Shown here: positions 28,720 to 37,366 of the stretch, in pieces
Layout: every line of letters begins with the position of its first letter
Numbering within the stretch: position 1 is the first letter of the stretch
Origin: a virus
DNA length: 63,844 bases
Reading direction: 5' to 3' (one strand)
UHGV virus genome: UHGV-0109393
Made by a program: the position numbers and the translations under genes
Notes under the pieces: generated by a model
Databases searched by the model: none
What the model was told of the DNA's origin: nothing
What the model saw: only the letters and a program-made list of their open reading frames with translations

Positions 28720-28993
28720 GCGCAACGTTAAGAGTATTTGGCTAATTAAGCGAATGCCGGAAGCAGAACCGGATCACCAAATGCGTACAGGCGTCATCGC
28801 CGCCCAGCCAGCCAAGTGCTCTTACCATTGCGGTGAATGCGGCTAAGCGCACGCGGAACAGTTAAAACAATTTTCCTCAATAGTGAAGTCAAACATCCCG
28901 GCGTTAATTGTTAACTGGTTAACGTCACCGGGAGGCACCCGGCACCGCAATCTAACAGCAATGGCGTTTTGTCTTAAAAGGTAGCTGCAAGTG

Positions 28994-29122
28994 ATGGATT
29001 TTTGGGCCTTTGCCGATAAGAACCCTGGTTGGACATTTTTATTTCTGCTGGTGGTTGCATATGGGATCGAGCAAGCGGCAAAAGCCTTACGCGGTTCTGG
29101 CAAAAAGCGTAAGCGGAATTAA
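28994..29122 (+). CDS. Candidate small membrane peptide (42 aa), hydrophobic core with basic tail
   Basis: MDFWAFADKNPGWTFLFLLVVAYGIEQAAKALRGSGKKRKRN; not in the ORF track (under 60 aa); lies between the second AGGCA hairpin and tRNA-Ile2. Confidence 0.25.
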   Translation: MDFWAFADKNPGWTFLFLLVVAYGIEQAAKALRGSGKKRKRN

Positions 29123-29131
29123 CAGTAATCT

Positions 29132-29206
29132 GGCCCTTTAGCTCAGTGGTTAGAGCTGGCGACTCATAATCGCACGGTCACCGGTTCAAGTCCGGTAGGG
29201 GCCACC
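29132..29206 (+). tRNA. tRNA-Ile2 (anticodon CAT, ileX-like lysidine type)
   Basis: Near-identical architecture to E. coli ileX as recalled (GGCCC-TTAGCTCAGTGGTTAGAGC...CTCATAA...GGTTCAAGTCC...GGGGCCACCA). Confidence 0.8.
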
Positions 29207-29660
29207 ATATTTGGTTGTAACACGGCGTATGGCACATGCGTCGTTAGCGGTCTGGTGACGTTAAAGGGGTTACCTTTTCCCCTAGCTCAGGCAACAAACC
29301 AGGTAGCCGGAATGTGCAAGCCCCGTTCATATCGTCGGACCGAGGACTCACCATCCTGGCGATTCGGTGTGACAGCCGGAAGAGTACGGCGCACAACAGG
29401 AAAAGGCGTTTAATTAGCGTGAGCGCCGTTTCCGTTGTGGTAATTGCGGCTATGCGCTCGTGACGAAGCCATTTTCATTCACTACGTTCTGATAAGTGAC
29501 GTCGCCAGGAGTGGCTAACCTGGCAGGTGGAGGCACCACCGCCACAACTCCTTTCAATTCATCATATAGCCGCTCAGGCTGTAACCCTTAATTAATACGA
29601 AGTTTCGACATCTCTATCGGTTTAACCGAGGGATGGTCGCGCGTGTAAAAAGGAGACGTT

Positions 29661-30236
29661 ATGTTAACGGCGAACGATAACGCGTATGCAGAAGCAGACC
29701 TCATATTGAGTGACTTCATCGGTCAGCGGGAACGCTGGACACAAAAGCGAGAGGAACTTTATGCCTCGTTAGTTCGCAAAGGTGTCAACATTGAAACCGC
29801 TCAAAGCGGCGATATGACGGTAGTCAGTGTTGGATTACATGGTGTGAGCGTGTCCGCAGCCAATCATGAGCCATACGTAGCGTTATCCGAGTCGATGGCA
29901 AGGCTAATTAAGTTTCTGAAGCAAACAGAAGCCAATAATGTTTTCATCGCCAAAAAGAACATCAATTTTTCTGCCGCCATGTTCTGGATGATGAAGGGGC
30001 TGGATGCCCGCCGGGCATCATGGCCTAAAGGGAGCTATTTATCGATGTTCCGTGGCAGCATTGGCAGCAAAGAAAAGCTCTTCGAATTCTTGCCGGAAGA
30101 GGCATTCGATATTGTGGAAGGGTGCGATGTGATGGTTATGCCTCGCCTGGTAATGATGAATGGGGATTTACAGGCGCAGACAGACTGGTTCGCAACTGGC
30201 GTGGATATTATCGCAACTGACTGGGAGGCATTCTGA
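29661..30236 (+). CDS. Hypothetical protein with a C-terminal W-x-K-x-G-x(3)-RR-x(2)-W motif (DUF2829-like)
   Basis: 191 aa; FSAAMFWMMKGLDARRASW...TDWEAF; paralogous motif in 37872..38534. Confidence 0.5.
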   Translation: MLTANDNAYAEADLILSDFIGQRERWTQKREELYASLVRKGVNIETAQSGDMTVVSVGLHGVSVSAANHEPYVALSESMARLIKFLKQTEANNVFIAKKNINFSAAMFWMMKGLDARRASWPKGSYLSMFRGSIGSKEKLFEFLPEEAFDIVEGCDVMVMPRLVMMNGDLQAQTDWFATGVDIIATDWEAF

Positions 30237-30628
30237 TGTACGAGACAACAAAATTAAGCATTCACGAAGTCTCCAACGTCGAGTGGAATATCGTCACCTG
30301 TAAGATTGTATCGTGTAATGCTGCGCGTACTGATGCAGGCCATAAGAGCACGATAACAGGCTACATGGTAATGGCTTATAGGGGATTGAGAGTTCGCTTT
30401 ATCTGGAAAGCTCGGCAATTGACACCATTCAGAGAGCCGTCAATGCCATTAGAGGTAGAACAGGATTATTTAAGCCTGCCGGAAATAGACGGTGCAACGC
30501 TGGTGGATTCTGATGGTCGTAAGGCTGATTTTGAAGTCAGCTTAAAGGTGGCGCAGGCCGTAATTAATAACTCACGTGGTAAGTGGATCGCTAAGGTAAA
30601 ACACGTCGTTCGCTTATCTCGCTGGTAG
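30236..30628 (+). CDS. Hypothetical protein
   Basis: 130 aa, coupled to the upstream gene by a TGATG overlap. Confidence 0.4.
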   Translation: MYETTKLSIHEVSNVEWNIVTCKIVSCNAARTDAGHKSTITGYMVMAYRGLRVRFIWKARQLTPFREPSMPLEVEQDYLSLPEIDGATLVDSDGRKADFEVSLKVAQAVINNSRGKWIAKVKHVVRLSRW

Positions 30629-30642
30629 CGTTAGATGAATGG

Positions 30643-30660
30643 AATTAATTTTCTAATATA
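30643..30660. promoter_or_regulatory. Operator-like site (variant)
   Basis: AATTAATTTTCTAATATA. Confidence 0.35.
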
Positions 30661-30736
30661 ACCAACTTTTTGCCAGTCTATACAGAAATAACATTCTCAT
30701 TATCATCCCCTCGGTCATTTCCTGCCTGGGGGATTA

Positions 30737-31129
30737 ATGGAGCATATCAGCAGCGCAGAAATTGCGGATATCATGATTAGGGCTGACTGCTATCTGACAG
30801 TCACCGAAATCACCACTCTAGCTAAAGAAAAATATCCTCACCTTCATGTTTCACGAGTAAGTGTAACCAACATCATTCGGCATTTTGTGCGGTCAAGCCG
30901 AGCTATTTGTGAGCTTGATGATCGTGTTTACCCACGGAAATACTGGTTGCATGGCCTGAACGGATATCAGTTCAAGGTGCGCGGGCGCACCCCTGAATAC
31001 GGTAGCTTACTGGTTAAAAACTGTAGCAGGAAATCAGTCGAACAGGCGCGAAAAGAGCAACGAGAGCTGGTGGACATGGCGAATAAGCTGTGGAATGCCG
31101 CCGTTAAAAAGCGTGGTGTTGCTTTATGA
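30737..31129 (+). CDS. Hypothetical protein directly upstream of terminase genes (late activator Lpa-like by position)
   Basis: 130 aa; stop overlaps the pacA start; position only. Confidence 0.3.
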   Translation: MEHISSAEIADIMIRADCYLTVTEITTLAKEKYPHLHVSRVSVTNIIRHFVRSSRAICELDDRVYPRKYWLHGLNGYQFKVRGRTPEYGSLLVKNCSRKSVEQARKEQRELVDMANKLWNAAVKKRGVAL

Positions 31130-32490
31130 GTCTGGTTAATTGGGAAGAGCACCGCGCCAAATTTATAGCGTTGCGTGAAGAAAAAGGGATCACCGTAAAG
31201 GAATACTGCGAGCAACACGACCTTAGCTTCAATACCGCCAGAAAGCATCTCAATATGAAAAAAAATGAGGTGCGGTCGCAGGTGAAGACTACAAAAAAAA
31301 GCACCAAATCACCTCAAAAAAAACGGGCAGGAAGAGCAAAAAAAAGACCAGAAGAGGGTACAGAAACAACAAAATTTACAGAAATTGACAATTCGCAGGG
31401 CACAGGTTCTTTCCGAAGTATGCCGAGAAAGAAAACTTCGGATCATGAAAATAATGCAAATAATAACAATGAGATAAAAGAATCTGTCAGGAGATCATTG
31501 CGCGAAAAAATGGCGAAAATGATCCCCACCGAAGATAAATGCGCCTCAAAAATCGAGGGATCTTCAGCAATGATCCCTGGCGGTGCTGTGCAGCGTGCCA
31601 CGTTGCCCACTACGAGTGTGGCTCGCGACATGATGAAGAACGGCGCAGAAGAGCACCTGCGGTTAGCAATTCAAATGGCGCAAGAACGCGCACTTCAGTA
31701 CCAAAGCATTGTTGATCAGGAGGCCGAACGCCTACAGGCGGAGATAGACGCCCTGGGTGATGAACAGCCAGAAGGAATGCACCCTGGGCAGCGACTTCTC
31801 GGTCTAATCAGTGACGCGGCCTACTACATGAACGATTTTATCAGTAGGTTGGCAGCGATATATCAGTCCGAACAAAAGCTGCGACAGGGTGATGAAAAAC
31901 TTCGTCAGGGTGCTCGCCAGCAAGCATTCAGAGAGGCCGAGGCCAGAGAAAAACTCGAATTAGCACGCCTACAGGCCGAACAGCGTGGCAAAGAGATTGA
32001 ATATCGCATTGGCGCTGACGCACGCGCAGCCAGAGTTATCGCCGCCGCTATACGTATGCGTGAGCGCGAGGAGCTGGACGATATCGGTGTTGCTGAATAC
32101 ATCGAGCGTCAGGGTGTCAGTGTCCCGGCTATCCTCGCGGCGCGCGCGGCGAAAGCTATCACTCTTCTCGAACCTCCAGTTTCTGACATCAATGATGTTG
32201 ATGATGAACAGCTGGACAAAGAAGCGAAGGAGTTTGCATCGCTTCAGGCTAACCATCCGCAATGGCTGGCAGAGCGCCGGGCGGATGTGGCAACCATTGT
32301 TGAAGATCTGGGGTGCGGAGATTACGACCACAATGGCGAGCGTAAGGCTGGGGAATTCGAGGCCAACGATGAAGAGTTGGACATTGACCCTTCGGCAACG
32401 GCTGAAATTTACGGTGATTATGATGCATCAGATGCAGGGTATGACGCCGGAGATGATGATATTGCGATAGAACCGCCGGAGGATGACTAA
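31126..32490 (+). CDS. pacA: Terminase small subunit (PacA-like)
   Basis: 454 aa; N-terminal putative HTH, basic region, acidic C-terminus; immediately upstream of and coupled to the large terminase. Confidence 0.6.
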   Translation: MSLVNWEEHRAKFIALREEKGITVKEYCEQHDLSFNTARKHLNMKKNEVRSQVKTTKKSTKSPQKKRAGRAKKRPEEGTETTKFTEIDNSQGTGSFRSMPRKKTSDHENNANNNNEIKESVRRSLREKMAKMIPTEDKCASKIEGSSAMIPGGAVQRATLPTTSVARDMMKNGAEEHLRLAIQMAQERALQYQSIVDQEAERLQAEIDALGDEQPEGMHPGQRLLGLISDAAYYMNDFISRLAAIYQSEQKLRQGDEKLRQGARQQAFREAEAREKLELARLQAEQRGKEIEYRIGADARAARVIAAAIRMREREELDDIGVAEYIERQGVSVPAILAARAAKAITLLEPPVSDINDVDDEQLDKEAKEFASLQANHPQWLAERRADVATIVEDLGCGDYDHNGERKAGEFEANDEELDIDPSATAEIYGDYDASDAGYDAGDDDIAIEPPEDD

Positions 32491-33998
32491 TGGCTGGTGG
32501 GCGCAAGATTAAATGCGTCACCAGCGATCCACGCTGGCGCGATATGGTAATCAAATACCGCTACAACTTTACCCAGGCTGTTGTTGATATATTCGGGATG
32601 TTTCCCTCCCACCAGCAGCAGGAGATTATCCAGTCCGTACAGCAAAAAGGGAGCAGAACCACTGTTACCTCTGGTCACGGTACAGGGAAATCGTCGCTAA
32701 CGGCTATGTTGTTGCTGATTTATTTGATTCTGTTCCCCGATGCCCGTGTCATCATTGTTGCTAACAAAATAGGTCAGGTTAAGACAGGTGTATTCAAATA
32801 CGTTAAACAGTATTGGGCGAATGCCGTTAAGCGTCATGGGTGGTTACAGACCTATTTTGTCCTGTCTGACACCATGTTTTATGAACGCTCTCGAAAGGGG
32901 ATCTGGGAAGTTCTCTGCAAAGGCTATCGACTCGGTAACGAAGAGGCTCTGGCGGGGGAGCACGCGGCACATTTGCTTCTAATTCTGGATGAAGCATCAG
33001 GTATATCTGATAAAGCGATCGGCGTAATGACTGGCGCTCTGACTGAAGAAGATAACCGAATGTTGATGCTATCCCAGCCAACAAGGCCAAGTGGTTATTT
33101 CTACGATTCGCACCATTCTCAAGCTAAAACCCCAGACAACCCGAAAGGGATCTGGACAGCAATTGTTCTTAACTCAGAAGAATCACCGTTCGTCACACCA
33201 CAATTCATCAGGCAGAAACTCCTGGAATATGGCGGGCGCGATTCTATTGAGTACATGGTCAAGGTTCTTGGTCAGTTTCCTCGGGAGATTAACGGCTATT
33301 TGCTTGGTCGTGATGAATGCGATCGCGCTGCGCGGCGCAAGGTGTTGTTGGAGAAAAACTGGGGATGGGTGGCTACTGCTGACGTTGGTAACGGGCGAGA
33401 CAAGTCAGTTCTTAATATCTGTAAAGTGTCTGGTCACCGGGAAAAGCGGCGTGTTGTTAACTTTAAGGTAATGGAAATGCCAGGGACTATGGACCCGCTG
33501 GCTTTTGCTGACTTTATATACAACGAATGCACGCCGGATAAATACCCGAATATTACAATCGCGGTTGACGCAGACGGTTTTGGTTCAGATACCTGTGCGC
33601 AGCTGGTGCGCCGTGGGGCTAATCCGGTACGGATTCGGTGGGGGAAACCCATGTTTTCGAACAAAGACAAGGAGCGTTTTGTTAACCAGCGTGCCTACGC
33701 AAATATTATGGCTCGTGATGCCATAAAGTCAGGTCGTATGCGAATAGACAGCGACCCTAAAACGGCAGAGCAAGCGTCAAAAATCCCCTTTTTACTTAAT
33801 GAAGAAGGGAAGATGGCGATGATGCGCAAGGAGCACATGCGGCAAAAGCTGAACATCAAATCACCTGACCGATGGGATACCTACTGCTTTACAATGCTGG
33901 TGGACTATGTTCCTGCTAATGAAGATATCGGCGCTGAAATGGCTACCTTCCGCGATCAGGTTCTTGCAGATGTGGAAATGCCAGATCTGGATATATAA
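32490..33998 (+). CDS. pacB: Terminase large subunit (PacB-like)
   Basis: 502 aa; Walker A VTSGHGTGKSS, acidic Walker B-like LLILDEASG, nuclease-like C-terminus. Confidence 0.75.
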   Translation: MAGGRKIKCVTSDPRWRDMVIKYRYNFTQAVVDIFGMFPSHQQQEIIQSVQQKGSRTTVTSGHGTGKSSLTAMLLLIYLILFPDARVIIVANKIGQVKTGVFKYVKQYWANAVKRHGWLQTYFVLSDTMFYERSRKGIWEVLCKGYRLGNEEALAGEHAAHLLLILDEASGISDKAIGVMTGALTEEDNRMLMLSQPTRPSGYFYDSHHSQAKTPDNPKGIWTAIVLNSEESPFVTPQFIRQKLLEYGGRDSIEYMVKVLGQFPREINGYLLGRDECDRAARRKVLLEKNWGWVATADVGNGRDKSVLNICKVSGHREKRRVVNFKVMEMPGTMDPLAFADFIYNECTPDKYPNITIAVDADGFGSDTCAQLVRRGANPVRIRWGKPMFSNKDKERFVNQRAYANIMARDAIKSGRMRIDSDPKTAEQASKIPFLLNEEGKMAMMRKEHMRQKLNIKSPDRWDTYCFTMLVDYVPANEDIGAEMATFRDQVLADVEMPDLDI

Positions 33999-34019
33999 AG
34001 CCCCGGCAATGCGGGGCTT
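33998..34019. terminator. Bidirectional terminator between pacB and the convergent gene
   Basis: aaGCCCCGgcaatGCGGGGCtt. Confidence 0.6.
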
Positions 34020-34023
34020 GTGA

Positions 34024-35061
34024 TTACCAGAGTTTAGCGGCGTGCTGTGTTTGGGAGAAAGTGAACCCGTAACGTTCTTCTATGGTTTTACCGTATCTTT
34101 TCCGCGCGTCTGTCAGTTTTATGCCTGTCAGGTCATCTCCGGATGTCATCATTACGTCTAACAACTCCAGATCCATTTTATTCAGTCGCGCCATCGCTTC
34201 GCGTGCTGTCTGTATTTTACGCTCAATGATATGGCGAATAGCCGGATCGGCTTCCTCAAGCATTTTGGCTGATTTGTTCTTTAAGCTCTCATTGCGGATG
34301 TCGATGTTTCGCAAGATGTATGACTTCGCAACATAGCTTGGTTGGTGTTTCTCCAGATCGCGAACGCGATAGAGACTAAAGTCACCAAGCAGGCCGCAAG
34401 GTATCGACTCAACCCCAGAATAAATAGTAATGCTGCGACGTTCGCCGACATTATTAACAACGGGCACTGTGGTGTTCGGAAGTTTTGCGAACACTAAGGC
34501 TCCGTGTGCGCCTACCCTGAATCGTGACAGAGCATTGCTGCCTTCAATGTTTGTTGTAAGCACTACATCTGTGTATCCATCTTTGCGCGCCCGGTAAACT
34601 TCCCCTTCAGGTTCTGATGCGAAAAAACGGCGCTCTTCTTCAAGTGCACCAACAATCTGCGAAAATATCTTGTTTTTCAGGCTTTTCTTTATAATTGCAT
34701 CATATTTTTTGAGCAGATTTTCGCGCGTAAATGAGCGGGTGGTGGTCGCGCTTTGCACAACAATATGCGTGCTTTGATTTGTGTCCTCGATAATGAATGG
34801 GATCGGAGAATATACAGACTCAACAATGTTAGACGCTTTGCCGTCAGCGTTACGGCACAAGTCAACAAAGGCTTTCCATTCTGTGAGGCACTTTTCAGCT
34901 TCTTCTAGCACATTCTGATCATGTGTTAGTGCAACATGGCGGAATTCCTCGCCGGAATAACTGGTATCATGGAAAACAGAGTTTGCGACCACCAGCTCTT
35001 TCCACCGTTCAGCGGTTTGCAGGAACCGTTTGTACTCTTTCTCGATCGACTTCTTACTCAT
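34024..35061 (-). CDS. Hypothetical protein in the c1-equivalent position (between terminase and lox-cre)
   Basis: 345 aa; an operator-like site lies 14 bp upstream of its start codon; no recognisable motif. Confidence 0.45.
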   Translation of the reverse strand: MSKKSIEKEYKRFLQTAERWKELVVANSVFHDTSYSGEEFRHVALTHDQNVLEEAEKCLTEWKAFVDLCRNADGKASNIVESVYSPIPFIIEDTNQSTHIVVQSATTTRSFTRENLLKKYDAIIKKSLKNKIFSQIVGALEEERRFFASEPEGEVYRARKDGYTDVVLTTNIEGSNALSRFRVGAHGALVFAKLPNTTVPVVNNVGERRSITIYSGVESIPCGLLGDFSLYRVRDLEKHQPSYVAKSYILRNIDIRNESLKNKSAKMLEEADPAIRHIIERKIQTAREAMARLNKMDLELLDVMMTSGDDLTGIKLTDARKRYGKTIEERYGFTFSQTQHAAKLW

Positions 35062-35074
35062 TATTCCTACTCGA

Positions 35075-35095
35075 TTTAGTTTTCTAACATAAAAT
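35075..35095. promoter_or_regulatory. Operator-like site
   Basis: TTTAGTTTTCTAACATAAAAT. Confidence 0.5.
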
Positions 35096-35255
35096 TACTA
35101 TGACAAATCTATGCCGAATAACAGGGTGAGTAAAGGATCAAGATGCATTTTTTTATCATCCAATTTAGAAAATTCTGCTTAAAAACTGCCAGGCATAACT
35201 TAAAGCCCACACCAGCAATGCATTGCCCATCTGCGCGGAAAGGAAAAAAATTCCT

Positions 35256-35268
35256 AAATTTCTAACTT
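35256..35268. promoter_or_regulatory. Operator-like site overlapping the left arm of the lox-like site
   Basis: AAATTTCTAACTT. Confidence 0.4.
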
Positions 35269-35295
35269 TAGATAATTGGCATTATTTAAAGTTAG
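35262..35295. other. lox-like recombination site (13-bp inverted arms, 8-bp spacer)
   Basis: CTAACTTTAGATA-ATTGGCAT-TATTTAAAGTTAG; arms match 12/13 to each other; same 13-8-13 geometry as loxP; 152 bp upstream of the Cre-like gene. Confidence 0.55.
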
Positions 35296-35446
35296 GCTAT
35301 AATCATGTGTAGATGAACAGTGTTGACATCACTGAAAATACGTGCCTCGAATCAAAGGCTTGTATTTTGAAAATTAACTTATAGCTACCCTGTCATTTTT
35401 ATATTTTTCGCGTAGCGTCATCTGTATATAGAGGTCAAATAGTTTC

Positions 35447-36475
35447 ATGGGTGAATTAATTATCTCTGGCAGTTCCGGTGGTTTTCTGCGCAACATTGGC
35501 AAAGAGTACCAGGAAGCCGCAGAAAACTTTATGCGGTTCATGAATGACCAGGGGGCTTATGCGCCGAATACTCTGCGCGACCTCCGGTTAGTGTTTCATT
35601 CCTGGGCGCGCTGGTGTCACGCTCGCCAGCTTGCCTGGTTTCCGATCTCACCAGAAATGGCCCGCGAGTATTTTCTTCAGCTGCATGATGCCGATCTGGC
35701 TTCGACCACCATTGATAAGCACTACGCCATGCTGAACATGCTGCTTTCGCATTGTGGCCTTCCGCCACTTTCGGATGATAAAAGTGTTTCTCTGGCTATG
35801 CGGCGCATCCGGCGCGAAGCGGCAACTGAAAAAGGCGAACGAACAGGCCAGGCTATTCCTTTGCGGTGGGATGATCTGAAACTGATCGACGTCCTGTTGT
35901 CCAGGTCAGAACGGCTGGTGGACCTGCGCAACCGGGCTTTTCTCTTTGTTGCATACAATACGCTGATGCGTATGTCGGAAATCTCGCGTATTCGCATAAG
36001 AGATCTGGACCAAACAGGTGACACTGTCACGTTGCATATTTCACACACGAAGACAATAACGACCGCAGCCGGGCTTGATAAAGTGCTTTCCCGTCGCACT
36101 ACTGCTGTGCTGAATGACTGGCTGGAGGCTTCCGGGCTTCGTGAACATCCTGACGCGGTGCTGTTCCCGCCGGTACACCGTAGCAATAAGGCCAGGATTA
36201 CGGCAACGCCCCTTACTGCACCTGCAATGGAGAAAATATTCAGCGACGCCTGGGTGTTGCTGAATAAAGGAGATGCTACGCCAAACAAAGGAAGATACCG
36301 GACGTGGACCGGGCATAGTGCACGCGTCGGGGCCGCTATCGATATGGCTGAAAAGCAGGTGTCTATGGTGGAGATTATGCAGGAAGGAACCTGGAAGAAA
36401 CCGGAAACACTTATGCGGTATCTGCGCCGTGGCGGCGTGTCTGTGGGGGCTAATAGCCGCCTGATGGATTTATAA
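35447..36475 (+). CDS. cre: Cre-like tyrosine recombinase (divergent from P1 Cre)
   Basis: 342 aa; C-terminal WTGHSARVGAAIDMAE...LMRYL aligns with Cre's WSGHSARVGAARDMA...VMNYI; similar length and domain order. Confidence 0.8.
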   Translation: MGELIISGSSGGFLRNIGKEYQEAAENFMRFMNDQGAYAPNTLRDLRLVFHSWARWCHARQLAWFPISPEMAREYFLQLHDADLASTTIDKHYAMLNMLLSHCGLPPLSDDKSVSLAMRRIRREAATEKGERTGQAIPLRWDDLKLIDVLLSRSERLVDLRNRAFLFVAYNTLMRMSEISRIRIRDLDQTGDTVTLHISHTKTITTAAGLDKVLSRRTTAVLNDWLEASGLREHPDAVLFPPVHRSNKARITATPLTAPAMEKIFSDAWVLLNKGDATPNKGRYRTWTGHSARVGAAIDMAEKQVSMVEIMQEGTWKKPETLMRYLRRGGVSVGANSRLMDL

Positions 36476-36494
36476 ATTAAATTTCTAACACATC
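36475..36494. promoter_or_regulatory. Operator-like site
   Basis: AATTAAATTTCTAACACATC, immediately after the cre stop. Confidence 0.45.
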
Positions 36495-36548
36495 TTTTTA
36501 GATTAACATCTTTGCTGTAAAGTACCCTCGCCTATTTAGGAGGGTGCT

Positions 36549-36893
36549 TTGCAGAGTCAAATCACGGAATCAAGACGCTTCAAGGTGGATGGTTACACCG
36601 TAACCTTCGCCGCTGGTGTTAAGAACAGTCATGCTGTCGTTGTGTTCGGCATCATGACCGGGCTTGAGGCCGTCCCTGTGTTTACCCTCGAAAAAAACTG
36701 GCGAAATCTGGAGGAAGCAGAAAGCTACGTCCGGAAAGTAACCATCATTGCCGCCGAAAAACTCCTGGCCCACTATCAGGAAAATTATCGCACTATGGTC
36801 GAGAAGATTAATCTCGCTTTCACTCGCCCCACTACCGGCTTTATTGCACCGGATACTAATGCAGGTCGCTATCCTGCAAGGGGGCGTCGGTGA
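36549..36893 (+). CDS. Hypothetical protein
   Basis: 114-aa ORF. Confidence 0.4.
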   Translation: MQSQITESRRFKVDGYTVTFAAGVKNSHAVVVFGIMTGLEAVPVFTLEKNWRNLEEAESYVRKVTIIAAEKLLAHYQENYRTMVEKINLAFTRPTTGFIAPDTNAGRYPARGRR

Positions 36894-37366
36894 AAACTTA
36901 TTACACATCTCTGAATTGTTACCCGTCTTCCTATCCAGAATTGTCCGGGAAGCTGTTAGCTCTATTAGCTAAAGCACCTACGGAATGGTTTAAGCCAGTC
37001 ATTATCAATCCACACTTCCTGGATTACGGATCTGTTCGCACTCGTAACGAACTCAAAAACCTACTGGCGCATGGATTCATTCGACACCGTGCCGGGAAAG
37101 GCTATCAGTTAGCGATTGCGCCAGAAGAGGCCGTGCGGCTATTCGCATATCGTGACAGCCAGACAAAAGCTCGGGTAATAGCTCAAATACTTCATAACGG
37201 CAGCACCTATGCCCGCCAGTTTGGCGGCGACACGTCGCAGTTCTTGCGGGCGGTGCGATCGCTGGAGGAACAAGGAGTTATTGAAAGTTCCTGTCTTCCT
37301 GTTCCTACCGTTCCACATATCAAACGTCGGGTTTACACCTTCACGCAGAGAGCTAAAAAACAATGA
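36890..37366 (+). CDS. Hypothetical protein
   Basis: 158-aa ORF overlapping the upstream stop. Confidence 0.4.
   Translation: MKTYYTSLNCYPSSYPELSGKLLALLAKAPTEWFKPVIINPHFLDYGSVRTRNELKNLLAHGFIRHRAGKGYQLAIAPEEAVRLFAYRDSQTKARVIAQILHNGSTYARQFGGDTSQFLRAVRSLEEQGVIESSCLPVPTVPHIKRRVYTFTQRAKKQ

Noticed and set aside
26793-29660. Possible CRISPR array in the ORF-poor region
   Set aside because: Repeats are inverted or dispersed (hairpins), not regularly spaced direct repeats with unique spacers; no cas genes.
31440-31710. pac site (clustered GATC/TGATCA hexamers) inside the small terminase gene
   Set aside because: Only four GATC sites over ~270 bp with no clear hexamer array; cannot be told from background by eye.
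35262-35295. Reading the 34-bp dyad as only an operator rather than a lox-like site
   Set aside because: Not fully rejected. The left arm overlaps an operator-like motif, but the 13-8-13 geometry next to a Cre-like gene favours a recombination site; both readings are reported.
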